Origin: the human T2T-CHM13v2.0 reference genome, Homo sapiens
Reading direction: 5' to 3' (one strand)
DNA: 64,000 bases
NCBI RefSeq assembly: GCF_009914755.1
Contig: NC_060937.1
In this document: in pieces, positions 25,901 to 39,294 of the stretch
Numbering within the stretch: position 1 is the first letter of the stretch
Layout: each line of letters opens with the position of its first letter
The notes under the pieces: model-generated
What the model was told of the DNA's origin: nothing
Database searches by the model: none
The model's input: only the letters and a program-made list of their open reading frames with translations
Translations under genes and position numbers: made by a program

Positions 25901-28169
25901 TTGCAGTGGAGTACTGTATGGTCCTAGCGCTTTCTGGGAAGATGAGTTAATTCTCTCTTCATTTCAGGGCCCATGTGCGTGGGTGGTGGGCTGGGAAACT
26001 TCTGTTGCTTCTGGGCTTCCTCCCCCATGGCTGCCGCGAGTCTCAACACTCACTTGCACCCTGGCTCCCGCCTGGCATCCTCAGCCTGCCCTGCTGCCTG
26101 CTCAGCGAATTCTACTCGTCCTCACCCAGTGTCCCTCAAGGCTTCCTTCAAATGTCCTCTCCACCAAGGAGCTTTCCCCGCCACCTGAGGCAGAGGAAAC
26201 CACTCCTTTCTTGATTCTGCAGATGCAGATTCAACAGACACCTGGCACTGATGGGCACCGAGATGTCCTGTGTGTTCATGGAGTTTATGTTGGGGTTTGG
26301 TTGGGGGCACCCCCGAGCTCCCCTCCACAGTTCAGAATGAAACAAGAAATAAGACAGGACAGGCAGATAAAAATGTCAGCTTCAAAAGCCAGGATAAAGT
26401 GACTTGATACCCCTTTCTAAACTAGACAGAATCAACTACCTGCTCACAGCTGCTGGCCTCTTTCTTGGTGGCACAACCTGCCCCAGGCAGCTTTGGCTGC
26501 AGCCAAGGGTGAACCAGGACACCCCACCACCCCCAGGCCTTCAGGCAGTGCCACACTGGAGAGGAGGGCAGAGGGCATTGGCCCTCAAAGGGCCAATTCC
26601 ATCCCCCAGACTCATGGATGAATTATGTCTCTACTCCCCTAGAGAGGAGGAAACGATGGAGTGAGTGAGAGAGAGAAAGAGAGGGCACACTGAGGTGGAA
26701 TTCGACCAGGGGGCATCCTCATAGAAATATGAGAACAGGGGTGGGATACCCCCTCCCGGGGCACACCTTACATTGCACAATGGTTGTTTTTCTGTCTCTT
26801 TTTTATCTGAATGTACACTTTTGCCAGCAGTAAAAATTGCCATATTTGCTTTTGTGCTCCAGCATTTAAGAGGGGCTCAGAAAGTTCTTGGGAGGTGTTG
26901 TTTGCTTAAGTGGAATGGGAAGGGGACAGGACATCTCTTTCCAAAACTTAGGTTTGGTGACTCCTGGATTTCACACTCTCTGACTGCTTGGGTGAGGGTG
27001 GAATGGAGGGCTGTCCCCCACCCTCGCACCTGCACGGTGGCATGCTTTCCTCCTACTCCAGGGAATTCCTCGTGGCCTCATGGCCTGGGCTGTTTCTGGC
27101 TTCAAGCTCCACGTGGCCTGGCCCCAGCGGTCTGGTCCACCTTGTACTCGGTGCCCCCGCTGCCCCCTGGCCTCAGCTGGAGTGACGCACCTCATCCATG
27201 CGGGCCTGGCGTCTGGAAGGTGGCTGGGTCTCTCGGGCTTGAGCACCATCATCTTAGCTCCAACATGTCATTATTCCTTCCTCACTGAGGACTTTTCTGC
27301 TTCCTAATTGGTTGTTGAAGATGAGGCCCCCATGCTCTTTTAAGAAAACCTGTTGTGCCCCAGGCTTGGCTGTGATGGGCACTGACTCATACAGAAGTAG
27401 AAAGGCCTGCTGAGTCATCAACACTCGTGCGCCGCCCTCGCATTTTCATTAATGACGGCCTCCCTGCCACACGTGAATCACTCCAGCCCGAGATCTGAAA
27501 CCAGGACACACCCCAGGGGCGAGGTGATGCTGAGTGAGCCCAGCTGTGTCCCTTTCATGAGAACTCAGAGCACAGGGCTCTGTGTGCATGGCCGTCCCCT
27601 CCAGAGAGGAGGAAGTAAATGCCGGGATTAGTGGAAGATCATTTCCTTCTATTTGCCTTGGCTTACGTCTTTCAGAATTCAAACACGTGCACTGTTGACC
27701 CTGCAATGGTGGAGTTTTTGGATTTTCCTTCAGTCCGATTGCTAAAATACTTCCCTCTCATGTGAGCTGTTGTGAAAGTCATCAGCCAGATACCATTCTA
27801 AAAACAAAGAATGTGCTTCTCGTATGTTGCATGCTGGTTACTGAAATATTAGGGAATTACATAAAGGTTTTCTGGGGCACATATTCAAGCTGAATGATAA
27901 AATTGAAGGTCACACAAAGCTAAGGTCTTTCAAATCCTGACCCAATTAGCTCTCTGTTAGCTCTCTGACTTTGGACAAGCTGTCTGGTCCTCTGAAGCAT
28001 ACTTTGTTCGCCCTGGGTAGGGGCCCTCTGTTTTAACAGCGTTTGGCAGATGAAAACATTTGCAAAGCCAAAGGACAATGAAATCTACGGAAGCCTACCA
28101 TATGCCAATGACTCCACCAAATGTTTTCTGTTCTTGGGATCTTCTAAAATTCATCTGAATACTTATAAG

Positions 28170-28330
28170 TTATGCAAATTTTGGTTATTAATCTAGGTTG
28201 TACTACCTTGGGGGAAGTCAGTTAATCTCTTTGAACTCAGTTTCTTTATCTGTGAACCTGAAAGAACACCTTCAAACTCCAAGGGTGGCTGTCAGAATTA
28301 ACTATAGAGGTGCAGGTATCAGATGAAAGC
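28170..28330. mobile_element. MIR
   Basis: accttgggggaagtcagttaatctctttgaactcagtttctttatctgtgaa. Confidence 0.7.
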
Positions 28331-29539
28331 TATAAAACAGTTTACAGATCTTAGATATTATGATGGATGGCTATGATACGTTTCTCGAATCACTACTTGC
28401 CAATGAGCTGTACAATCTTCCTGAAGGGGTCTGCCTTTCCAATCTGGGCAGCAACAGTTAATGACAGTGTGCCAGGATATCTGTGTCTCCTTTTATCTGC
28501 TCCAGACTTTAAACACACCCTCTGATTACATCACACTATCAATTTGAAAAAGGGTTCAGAGCCAAAATCACCACTGTTAGCGAGTTCTCCAGGGCTGCCT
28601 CCCATCCTCTGGAGGTGGGGCTCTCGTCTGCAGAAATAGGCATAAGGGTTTTCTATGGTTTTTGTTTGTTTTAAAGACAAAACATGTTTTGGGATCTTTT
28701 AAGAATCCTAATCGTTGTGAAAGAAACTGAAGTAAGTTACTGTTCAAGTGACTCTCATTCTGCTGTGAATAGTTTCTCCCACGTGAAGTCAGCTCAAGAG
28801 ACTGTGAATTGCTTCAGCCTACCTGAGACCTGGTACACAGGGAGGCTTCCTAGCCACGGAAGAGGAGAGCGTTTGCAGGAGGAGAAGGAGGAGAGAGGGC
28901 CCACGCAGGTGACATTCTGGAAAGGGAATGCTGGTGCGAAACTGCCTCACCTACTTTGCTCCTTGGATGTTCAGGAAAAGCCAGCCCCATCCGCCCCAGT
29001 CCGAGGGCCTCACTCATGGAACAAATGAAGCTGAGAAGAGGAGCTTCCTGTTTTCCAGCTGCTGAGGTCATCATTATCTTCAGGAAGGACCCCGAAAAGC
29101 ATCGTGTGTTGTTGCAAAGGCCTGCCTTATCCTGGCCCCCAGGTCCCTCTCCGCTGGCCCTGTCTACTGGATAAGCTGAGGTTGCACGAAGTAGGTCCAG
29201 GCCTAATGTGACAGTGAATAATATGGTGTTTGGCCACACAGAGATGTGTGTAGGTACAAAAACCACCATGCTTTTGGCGGCAAAGTAAAAAATGAAGATG
29301 TCGTCAAGCGATCTGAACTCTGATGGAGACTGAGCGAGAGACCCTGGCCCAAAACAATCACTCCATGGCGGATGCGCTCTGGGGTAGACAGCTACTGCTC
29401 TCAGAGCAGCTGTTTTCAGGCCACAAGGCCGGACCATTGTTCAGTTACCTGGCTTTTGTCTGGTTCAAGCACCTGACAGGGATCTGGGAAGGTCTTGTCA
29501 TGTTTCCAGTCCTTTGAGAAACTGCTGCTCAGGGTTCAG

Positions 29540-30360
29540 GAAAGACGCTGAGCGGGCGGGCACGCGCCCCATGGGGAAGCCTGGCTGAGACGGGAGGTCT
29601 CGGGAGCCTCCGTCTTACTTGCCACCTGGTTGCCGCCCTCCCCTCGGAGACCCCCTGTCTGGAGACACGCCCCAATGTGGCCCCCCTCTCGCGGGCACGT
29701 GCCGGAAGCAGAGACACATCTTGGAGCCGTGGAGGACGGTGCCGGCGGCAAAGTCCCAGGCTGGAAGAGCCGGGGGAGAGCGAGAGCCCCGGCCCGGCCC
29801 AGAGAACAGTGGGCGCCGCGCCGCCTCCCGCAGGGGCGCAGACGGGACCCTGGCGCCGAGCACAGCCGGGCGGTGAGGAGGGACCGCCGCCTGCCACCCG
29901 TGCGCCGCGCCTCCCCAGTCCTCCCTCTCTTCTGGTGCTCCCCGTTTCTTTTCGCCCCGCGGCCACCGCGCCGCCTCCCTCACTCGCGCCCCGATTCTAC
30001 GGCACCTCCCTGGTGATCCCAGGTCCTAACAGGGCGGCTGTGCCTCCTCCTCAGCTGCACTTTTGATTTCATCCCTTGTGCGGCAGAAGCTGCCAAGCTC
30101 TGTCCGAAACACCCCAAGGCCCGGTGACCGGTGCCCAGGCCTCGCTGCCCAGCAGCGCCTGCCCTTCCGTGGGGCTGCGCCTTTGAGCCTGGTCGGCCCT
30201 GCCAGCCCGGGCCTGACGACACGGCCGCGCCCTGCGCTCCAGCTAGGATGGGCACATGAGTGACCACCCTGGCACATAAGGCCTCCCTGCGAGCTTCCCT
30301 GCAGGACGGAGCCACTGTAGCTGGCTTCATGAGGCCCCCTTATCCGAGACCTCCCTCGCC
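29540..30360. promoter_or_regulatory. Intergenic (orphan) CpG island
   Basis: Local CpG/GC enrichment with no recognisable CDS. Confidence 0.8.
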
Positions 30361-30787
30361 TGGATCGTCCCTGCTCCCTGCCAGTGCTCACTGCATCTTC
30401 CACCAAGTTGCTGGCACGCAGGCATGCAGTTCTGCCCAGGTCTACATCTGTGGCCTTTCCCTGACTCCTCATGGGCGAATCCTCCTCTCTGCTCCTTTGA
30501 GGCCCTCCCTGCTCCTCGACCCTGGCACCCTGGAAGGTCTTCCATGCCGGCTCTCCCCCTGCTCCTTCCCTGGAGTACTTTGCCTCCTCTGGTGACCTCA
30601 GCCATCAGGGATGCAAGGACATAGCCCACACGAATATTTCTAGCCTGCGTTTGGCATGAGTTTTAGACAAGCCTTTCTAGCCTGCTTCATTTTCCCACCT
30701 TGCAAGTGCCTCCCGCCTCCTACTCAACAAGTTTTAAATCAGACTATTGTCTCCCCTCATGACACAGATGCGTTGCCCTGGGGCTTA

Positions 30788-31089
30788 TTTTTTTTTTTTT
30801 AGAGAGTTTCACTCTGCCACCCAGGCTGGAGTGCAGTGGCGCAATCATGGCTCACTGCATCCTCAATCTCAATCTCCCTGGGCTCAGGTGATCCTCCCAC
30901 CTCAGCCTCCTGAGTAGCTGGGACTACAGGCATGAGACATCATGTCTGACTGATTTCTGGACCCATTTTTGTAGAGCTGGAGTTTCGCTATATTGCCCAG
31001 GCTGGTCTCAAATTCCTAGGCTCGAGTGATTCCCCCACCTCAGCCTCCCAAAGTACTGAGATTACAGGCATGAGCCATGGTGCCCGGTC
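30788..31089 (-). mobile_element. Alu (AluJ-like)
   Basis: Antisense Alu dimer. Confidence 0.93.
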
Positions 31090-31201
31090 TGGAGACTTAC
31101 TTGTTTTTATTTCCCACTGCACAGATATAAAAATATAGTCACCTTGGAGTCTTTCCTCTCTCTCTCTCACCCTTTTTTACTTATCTATTGACAAGTCATG
31201 A

Positions 31202-31935
31202 TTTTTTTTGTATTTAGTTTTTGTTTCATAATCATAAACTTAACTCTTCAATCTGGCTAGAAGTGGAGGAGAATTAAAAAAAGGAAGCTCCAAAAACTTC
31301 AGCAAGAGCATGAAAATTATAGGATATTATGAACAAATGGGTGGAAGTGTGCTCTCCTGAGCTACAGAAGGAATGCTCTGGTGATTAAGAGAAACACAAA
31401 TCAAATTTATTGGAGTTGTCCACATTTGGCAATGGTGATCTTGCTGGTCTTGCTCTTCCTGGACCCAAAGCGCTCCATGGCTTCCATGATATTCATGCCT
31501 CCTTGCACCTTGCAAAGACCACCTGGCTGCTGGCCCACCACTCAGTTTTGGCAGTACAGATGAAAACCTGGGAACCATTTGTGTCGGGTCCAGCATTTGC
31601 CATGCACAAGATGCCAGGACCTGAATGCTTCAGGATGAAGTTCTCACCATCAAATTTCTGCCCATAGATGGACTTGCTGCCAGTGTCATGATGGCGTGTG
31701 AAGTCACCACCCTGGCACATAAGCCCTGGAATAATTCTGTGAAAGCAGGAGCCCTTATGGCCAAATCCATTCTCTCCAGACCTCACAGCATGAATGTTTC
31801 CTGCTATGTTTGGAACTTTGTCTGCAGCTAGCTCAGAAGAGATGTGGCTTAAGGGCTCAGCAATGTCATAAAACATGGCAGAATTGACCATGGCTGGTGG
31901 CAGGGGATCCTGGGGGCATTGGCAGCTACAAAGCC
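31202..31935 (-). pseudogene. Processed cyclophilin A (PPIA) pseudogene
   Basis: Intronless PPIA-like ORF ([32 protein letters not shown]) from ATG 31891. A 1-nt deletion near the G130 codon gives a stop at 31493. The original C-terminus continues in another frame to TAA at 31409-31407. It has a PPIA-like 3'UTR, a poly(A) remnant (T run 31202-31209) and the flanking repeat catgatt (31197-31203 and 31936-31942). Confidence 0.95.
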
Positions 31936-33046
31936 CATGATTGTTATTAAGATATTTAATATGTATTTTTCCATTTCTGCCACCAAATTTATTTGGCTAC
32001 ATGCTACTGTACTGCCTCAGGGTTATGTTTCTGGAGCGCAGCTCTGACTGTGTGGATTTCCAGCTGCGAAACACTCCAGGGCTTCTCATTATCCAGCAAG
32101 CAAACTCTGTCCTCTCTCTTTCTGCTTAGGGGCCTTCCTTGCTCCACCCCCAGTAAGTGAGACTTCTCTCCCTTTCAAGAGTGTGCCCTTCGCTCACTCT
32201 CGTCAATGTGAGCTATCTTACCTTCCTTTGCTGTCCTCTCCTGCAAGGTCTGAGAGCCCAGAACCGAGTTCCAGAGGACTTTATAACTCCCCTTGAGCCT
32301 CGCTGGACTGAGTTCGTGAGTCTGGAATTATGTGGTGTTCTTTCAGTTAGGCCATCCTTGAATTCACCTGAGTTTTCTCATAAACCTTCTGGCCTTTCCT
32401 GTGCTATTCTCTGGATGAACAAAATTAAGTCATTTTACAAAATTCTGACCACACATAACTAACACATAGAGTCAAAGTGCTGGACATTTGTAATTTCTAG
32501 CCTTTCCTTCTCCTTTGTGACCACATCTTCACTCCCCCAGGCCCATAAACATAGCTATTTTCCCATTCAGAATGAGCAGAGTAAGCCAAGAAGAAATCAC
32601 TAAAACAGTAACAGCAACAAGGTGTTTCCCATAAGGACTGATTTTGCTTGCTGCTTCCTAGAGCATTGGAGTATGTTTTTGGGAACCCAAAGGTTGTCAA
32701 AGGCTCTGGAGGATGAAAATCCTATGAAAATATTCTCTCTTTGTGACTTTGAATTTTTCCTACCATTTCTACAACTAGAAGTTTGCTGGCTGGGGAGAAC
32801 AAATTCTTCCAAGTTCTTATGTGCTTCTGGACATAGATGATGAGTATTATTAAAACTTCTACTTCTGTTTGGAATACGGATGAAAACTCCTAGACTAGAT
32901 TACTAAATGAATTATAATTCATACCAGCTTTGGGAAATAAGTTGCCAAGGGGCTTAACGACACAGAGATTTAGATTTAGAGAAATATGAGATTTTCAAAG
33001 CTTGACATGGGTGCCTCTTCCTTTTATTACCATTCCTGAGAATACA

Positions 33047-33213
33047 TTTTTTTTTTCTTGAGACAGAGTCTCACTCTGTCTCCCACACTGGAGTCCAGTG
33101 GTGCGATCACCAGTCACTGCAGCCTTGACCTCCCCTGGCTCAGGTGATGCTCCCATCTCAGCCTCCTGAGTAGCTAGGACTACAGGTGTGTTCCACCACA
33201 CCCAGCTAATTTT
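33047..33213 (-). mobile_element. Alu right-arm monomer
   Basis: Antisense right arm only. Confidence 0.88.
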
Positions 33214-33639
33214 TCTGGAGAATAATTTTAATGCATAATATTCTACCTAGTATGGGCTATAGAGAGTACTATAAATTTTTTTTTGAGATTAGGAAAGGGC
33301 AGTTCTAGCATGCCATTTGAATTTGAGGCAGAATAATTTTCTGGTCCTTCTCCCCTAAATAACTTGACCAGACTTGAATGTGATTGTTTTTCACAAGGAA
33401 GGGCAAGGCCCAGCTGTGTGCTCAGACCTGTCCTCTTAGTTTAATGTTTATGGTTAATGTGCATGGGCTTAGGAGTTTATTTCAGTGCATTATAGTGCTA
33501 ATAAAATAGGATAGAGACATTAACAGGGTTTGATGTGTGTCTGAGTTCAGAACGCATCTTAACATGCTTGATCGCAATCAATGTCTTTCAATGCAGCCCA
33601 TCCATTGTCTCTTGTGTTAAAAGATCTTTTTTCACTTTT

Positions 33640-34155
33640 TTCGTTAAAAATTGTAGTAAATGCACATGTGCACACACATAACATAAAATTTACCATCTTA
33701 ACTATTTTTAGGTGCACAGTTCAGTGGCATTAAGTACATTCACACTGCTGTGCAACCATTACCACCAAGCGTCTCCGGGAACATTTCCAACTTCCCAAAT
33801 AGAAACGCTGTACTCATTAGACAACTCCCAATCCCCTCTCCTCCCAGCCCCTGGCAACCACTCCATTCTCTTCCTCTATGAATTGGACTGCTGTGAGTAT
33901 CTAAGTGGAATTATACATATTTGTCCTTTTGTGTCTGGCTTATTTAACTTAGCATGATGTCCTCAAGGTTCATCCATGTTGTAGCATGTGTCAGAAATTC
34001 CTTCCTTTTTAAGGCTGAATAACATTCCATTGCATGCATAGACTACATTTTGCTTCTCTGTCCATTCGCTGATGGGCACTTGGGCTCCTTCCACCTCTTG
34101 GCTGTTGTGAACAGAGCTGCAATGAACATGGATGTACAAATATCTGTTCACATTG
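33640..34155 (-). mobile_element. L1MB-like 3' end
   Basis: cagttcagtggcattaagtacattcacactgctgtgcaacc...tcaaggttcatccatgttgtagcatgtgtcagaa. Confidence 0.88.
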
Positions 34156-35479
34156 AGATCTCTCTCCTTTGGAAAAGGCAGGGCAAATGTGAAAAAAAAT
34201 CATACTTTCCTGATTTATTGTGACTCAAAATTTCCCAAACCTACTTCTTATTTTTGAAAAGTAGATGTCACAATTAGTAAAAATCCTGAAAATTTTGAGT
34301 GAAATATGTTAGGTGATTTCCCTTCGTAAGAATATAAAAGAAGTAAAATAAAATGATGCTGAATCTTTAGAGAGCTTCCATGTTTACATTAGATGTTGAT
34401 TTAAACATTTTTCTAAATAAGAGATTTTCCCCTCGTGGATGAGTGTCAAGAAATAATCCGACGTCATAGCATTTATAGTCCTAGATAGTAAAATTTCAAA
34501 ATCCAAGGATCAGAATAGTTAGAGAAACCTGAGAAAAACCTAAATAAGGACCTGTAAAAAGCTACTAACTACAACCACGAGATTATAGATGTTTGCTGAT
34601 ATTGTTCTCAGTTTGGTTATTGTGTTGTTTATGAATGAAAGTAGTGTATGTTTGTGTGAATTTTTGTTTTTAATTTTTTATGAGTGCCCTAACAAAGATT
34701 ACAAATTGGGAATACAAACTCCAGAGCAATGGAGACAGTGACACTTTTGTGGAGGGGTACATGTGGCTGTTCGGGTGGTTATTAACACAGGCTGCTGCCC
34801 CTGCCCTGCAATGGGAATCCCCAGGGCATTGGAGGATTCAACCTCTTGCAGTTACCTCTTGTAAGACAGCAGATGGCAGCAGAGAGAGGCTTTGCACATC
34901 CCTGCAGGTTCTAGTTTGCACAAAGGGCTTCTGAGAGACCTATCAACCAATTATAACATCAAGTGGCAAAAAGAGTCCTTGATAAGTTATTTCGCTTCTC
35001 AAAGAAACCGAAAACGCCAAACTAATCACTAGTCTTGTTTTTTTTTTTTTCCTGGCAAAAGCCTGCTATCTTTCATGATTTAGCTTTCATGAAATTGTTC
35101 CTGAAGACCCCCAAAAGAAACAATTTCATGCCCCGAACTCTGTTCAGAGACTTTGCTGTGCCTGTCATGTCCAGCTTGCCATATCCTGTTTTGTAAAGTA
35201 GCCACCTTATATACACACCTGCTGTCTGCACTGTGACCTCCTTTCAAAATCATCTTTGGTTCTTCAGAGGCCTGGAATAATGCTCTGCCCAGATGAAGAT
35301 CTCCGTAAATGTGTTTTTGAAATGGCTAATCAAATAATGGATACCCTTAGGTATTTTTGCAGAAACACTTGACAGCCTTCCATAATATCCCTACTATGAA
35401 ATGGAAACTTGTGAATGAGATGTGGCTAAGTACTTTATCCATAAAACTCCAAACTTGAATCATGTTGGTAAGTGAACTG

Positions 35480-35710
35480 ATGTTAAGCTAGCAGGAAATT
35501 GTTGGTGGCATTCCTTATTCAACATTTTTATTGGCTTAAGTGACCATAGAGAAAGCACGCTCATGAAACTGACAGATGACATAAAGTTGGAATGAATTGC
35601 TAATAAACTGAAGACAGGGTTCAAAAAGATCTGGATGGACCAGAAGGATGAGCCCAAACCAGCAAGATGAAATGTAACAGGGACAATGCAAAGCCCTGAA
35701 TTTAGGTTAG
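35480..35710 (+). mobile_element. L3/CR1 LINE reverse-transcriptase remnant
   Basis: ctcatgaaactgacagatgacataaagttg reads LMKLTDDIKL (CR1 consensus LIKFADDTKL). It is followed by QKDLD- and MKCNRD...ALNLG-like segments (CR1 MKFNRDKCKVLHLG). Confidence 0.7.
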
Positions 35711-35734
35711 AAAAATGGGGGTGGGGGGGCGGCA

Positions 35735-35775
35735 CCTGGGCCACAGAGCAAGACTCCATCTCAAAAAAAAAGAAA
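35735..35775 (+). mobile_element. Extremely 5'-truncated Alu tail
   Basis: cctgggccacagagcaagactccatctc plus A tail, flanked by agaaaaatggggg repeats. Confidence 0.8.
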
Positions 35776-35907
35776 GAAAAATGGGGGGAAGGGTAGACTT
35801 TGTGAAAAATGGGAGACAATGCTACTATCACTTAACAAGGAGATGGTTCAGTAACATTCGATGGGACATTGTACATTGTTAAAAGAACAAATTTCTATAC
35901 ATGCTGA

Positions 35908-36249
<342 letters not shown>

Positions 36250-37559
36250 CAGACCTAGAAGGATTTCTAAGACATATTACTAAATGGGAAACAATCATAG
36301 AAAAAATGATGTAAGAAATGCAAACCAACATGGTCACGTATGTGTTGTGTGTCTATGTATATAAGTATGAGTATATTCAATTGCACAGGGGAAAAGTCTG
36401 GAAGGATGTAATCCAGATGTTAATACTGAAACTTCCAAGCAGGGGAGTGAAATGAGACTTTCACTTTTGACTTCGTATACTCCTGTATTATTTAAGTGAA
36501 AATGTATTTATATATTCTATAATTACAAAAATCACATTGGTTGCCTTTTCATTTTGAAATGAGCAAAAGTGACAGGGCTGTTAAAAAGCTAAGTCACTTG
36601 AGCAATAACGTGGTGTCCAGAACAGTGGTTCCATGGCTCAGCCATGTCGGGGGCTGCACTGAGGACAGGGGGCCATCTGCCTTCTAGGAGGACACTGTGG
36701 ACTGGAATATTGTTCCTGCCTTGAGGAGGAGTCTCCCAGCACAGTTACTACTGCTTGACTGTCAGAGCATGCGTTTTCTTAGGGAAGTTGAAGGCAGCCT
36801 GTATCTAGTAAGGTGGTATGCAGTAGTTGCTTAATGCTGAATGTGTGAAGGAATGTGGGGCTGTGGAGCAGGAGGATAAAGTCTGAACTTGGACCTGTTG
36901 TTCTCAGCTATTCGAAGCTTTCTCAAGTGGAAAATAGACTGACTTTGGGTCCATCAGAGGGCAGAACAAATGCTGGAGAGCAGATGCTAGAATTCCGTCT
37001 TAAAACCATGAATCCTTACAGCGGCCTGCGTGGCCTGCGCCATCTGTCCCAGCCGCGCCCTCCTTGGCCCCATCTCCCCCTTTCTCACCCTGACTCTTTG
37101 GCATCCTGGCCTTTCCGTCTCACTGGGATGCTTCCCTAAGAGACTCGTGTGGTTTGCTGCCCTGTATCCTCCGGATCTCCTGACCACCCTATGTTAGTTA
37201 CATTGCAATTTCCCGTTTCCCTCATGACGTCTTATTTTCCTCCATTTAAATTACCTGCAGCAGGTACCACCTACAGGGATCTGTTGAGAGTCGGCCTCCT
37301 TCAATGTGAAGCCTGATGTTTTGTTCTGTTCACAGCTATGCCCCCAGCCCCTAACAGTTGGTGGCAGTCAGTAAATATTGCCTGGGAAAACGAATCATTA
37401 GCCATGTGCAGAAATGGAACAGCGTCTCACCAAGTTGGGGTTGCCCCTGGACCCTGTGAACACTGGGGCAGCTGGGGTGTTCCTACTGTGCTTGTTACCG
37501 GCTTCAGGAATCAAATGCACTAGAGAATTGTAGAAGTGCGGTCCACATCCTCTGTGTGG

Positions 37560-38200
37560 TAGGACCAGCTGCTGTTGGCCTCTGAGCAGGATCTCTTACC
37601 TCTCTGAGCAGTGCCTTCCTGTTGCCCTCAGCAAGAATAACACTAACAGCCTAGGACTTCAGAGCACTGCTGCGAGGTGCAAATGAGGTGATATGGGAAA
37701 AGCATTTGGTGAGATGTATGGAAAGTGTAGAGACCCTGACCAGATGAGTCAATGGCCTTCTTCGTTACTCTGTTGACCTTTCTTTAATTACAGAGTCGCA
37801 TAGCTGTCACCACCTTATCCTTTTTTGCTGCTATATTTGCCCCCAGCCATTCCTCTCCCGGCTTATGTGGCTAGACTCACCTGCCTGTGCTGCAGTTACT
37901 CCAGGCTTTGTGTAAATGTGCATTTTTTTCCAGCCCCCAGTTTATCAAGCTTTGCTTGAGTCACTTGTATCTGAAATACCATCTGTCACTCTTCCAGGTT
38001 GGGATCTGTCTAGTGGAAAACAGATGACAGTCATATGTTACTTAGTGCTTTACTATGTGGAGAACGTTTACATAAATTATCTTATTTCATTGCCACTAAG
38101 CTGGGGAAAGATTCAGGAAACCCATTTTAAGATGAGGACACTGAGGTCAGGGTAAGTGAGTGAGCTTTTACCCACCTCTCAGCTGCTCTCTAGTTGTCAA
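37560..38200. mobile_element. Two MIR fragments (~37560-37730 and ~38030-38200)
   Basis: MIR cores such as cccattttaagatgaggacactgaggtcagggtaagtgag. Confidence 0.6.
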
Positions 38201-38629
38201 AGACCAACCCGTGGGGGTGGCTCAGGCCCGACCCCTGCAGCATATTCCTTGGGGCCTCCCAAGTGGGCCCGATCTGCTCACCCCAGCTGTGACTGTCTTT
38301 TGACAGGAGGAGGGAGCAGCGAGGCTGCACCCACTGCTCATAAAAAGCAGAGCTTCTCCACGCCGAGGGCTCGGCTGGGTGGGAGGCCGCTTCCACAAGG
38401 CTTTTTCTTGCTCCATACAAAGTGCAGACTGATGCTTTGAGATACAGTCAGGATTATCATTTTCAGAGCTCAAGCTCTAATTTCCAGGCATGTGACCAGA
38501 CCTCTCTATCCATTCCTACAAGTGGTCGAGAGTAGCCCATAATTATTTTGGCTTGGTCTTTTAATAGCTTGAGAGTAATAATCTACATAGCTTGTAGAAG
38601 TGAATGTACTTATTTTAAAAGTTCTGTGT

Positions 38630-38933
38630 TTTTTGATGTTGTTGTTGCTTGGGACAGGATCTTGCTGTCGCCTAGGCTGGAGTGCAGTGGCACAATCCCA
38701 GCTCACTGCAGCATGGACCTCCCAGGTTCAAGCAATCTTCCCACCTCAGCCTCCTGAGTAGCTGAGACTACAGGCACATGTTACCACGCCTGCCTGGCTA
38801 ACATTTTTATTTTTTGTAGAAACAATGTCTCCCTATATTGCCCAGGCTGGTTTTGAACTCCTGGGCTCAAGTGATCCTCTCGTCTCAGCCTCCCAAAGTG
38901 TTGGGATTATAGGTATAAGCCTCTGCACCCAGC
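38630..38933 (-). mobile_element. Alu (AluJ-like)
   Basis: Antisense dimer with (GTT)n tail. Confidence 0.93.
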
Positions 38934-39294
38934 TTAAAAAAATCCTATTTTCACAGTCTATGTGCAGAGCATTTTGGAAGTCAGGTAGAAACCATTTCCC
39001 ATTTTCTATTACCTGGGTGATAGTTGACTGGTTTTTGTTCTTTGAAATCCATTTTAAAAGTGTATGGTCCTCTATGAAAATACTTCTAATTATTGATGTG
39101 TGAAATGCTTTGAAATCCTTGGATGGAAATCTTGTACCATGAAAGAACAGAACTGTTGGTGGTGTCTCTGGGAGAGGCTCACGAGGGCCGGGCAAGCCTG
39201 TGGGGGTAGCAGGCAGTCACTCCCATGGGGACAGGCTGACCTGGCAGGCTTATTTCCCATGGAAGTGGGCACTGAGGAATAAAAAGCAGTTTCA

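Noticed and set aside
28850-30629. ORFs across and beside the orphan CpG island (up to 195 aa)
   Set aside because: No homology or domain recognisable; multi-frame openness is explained by composition.
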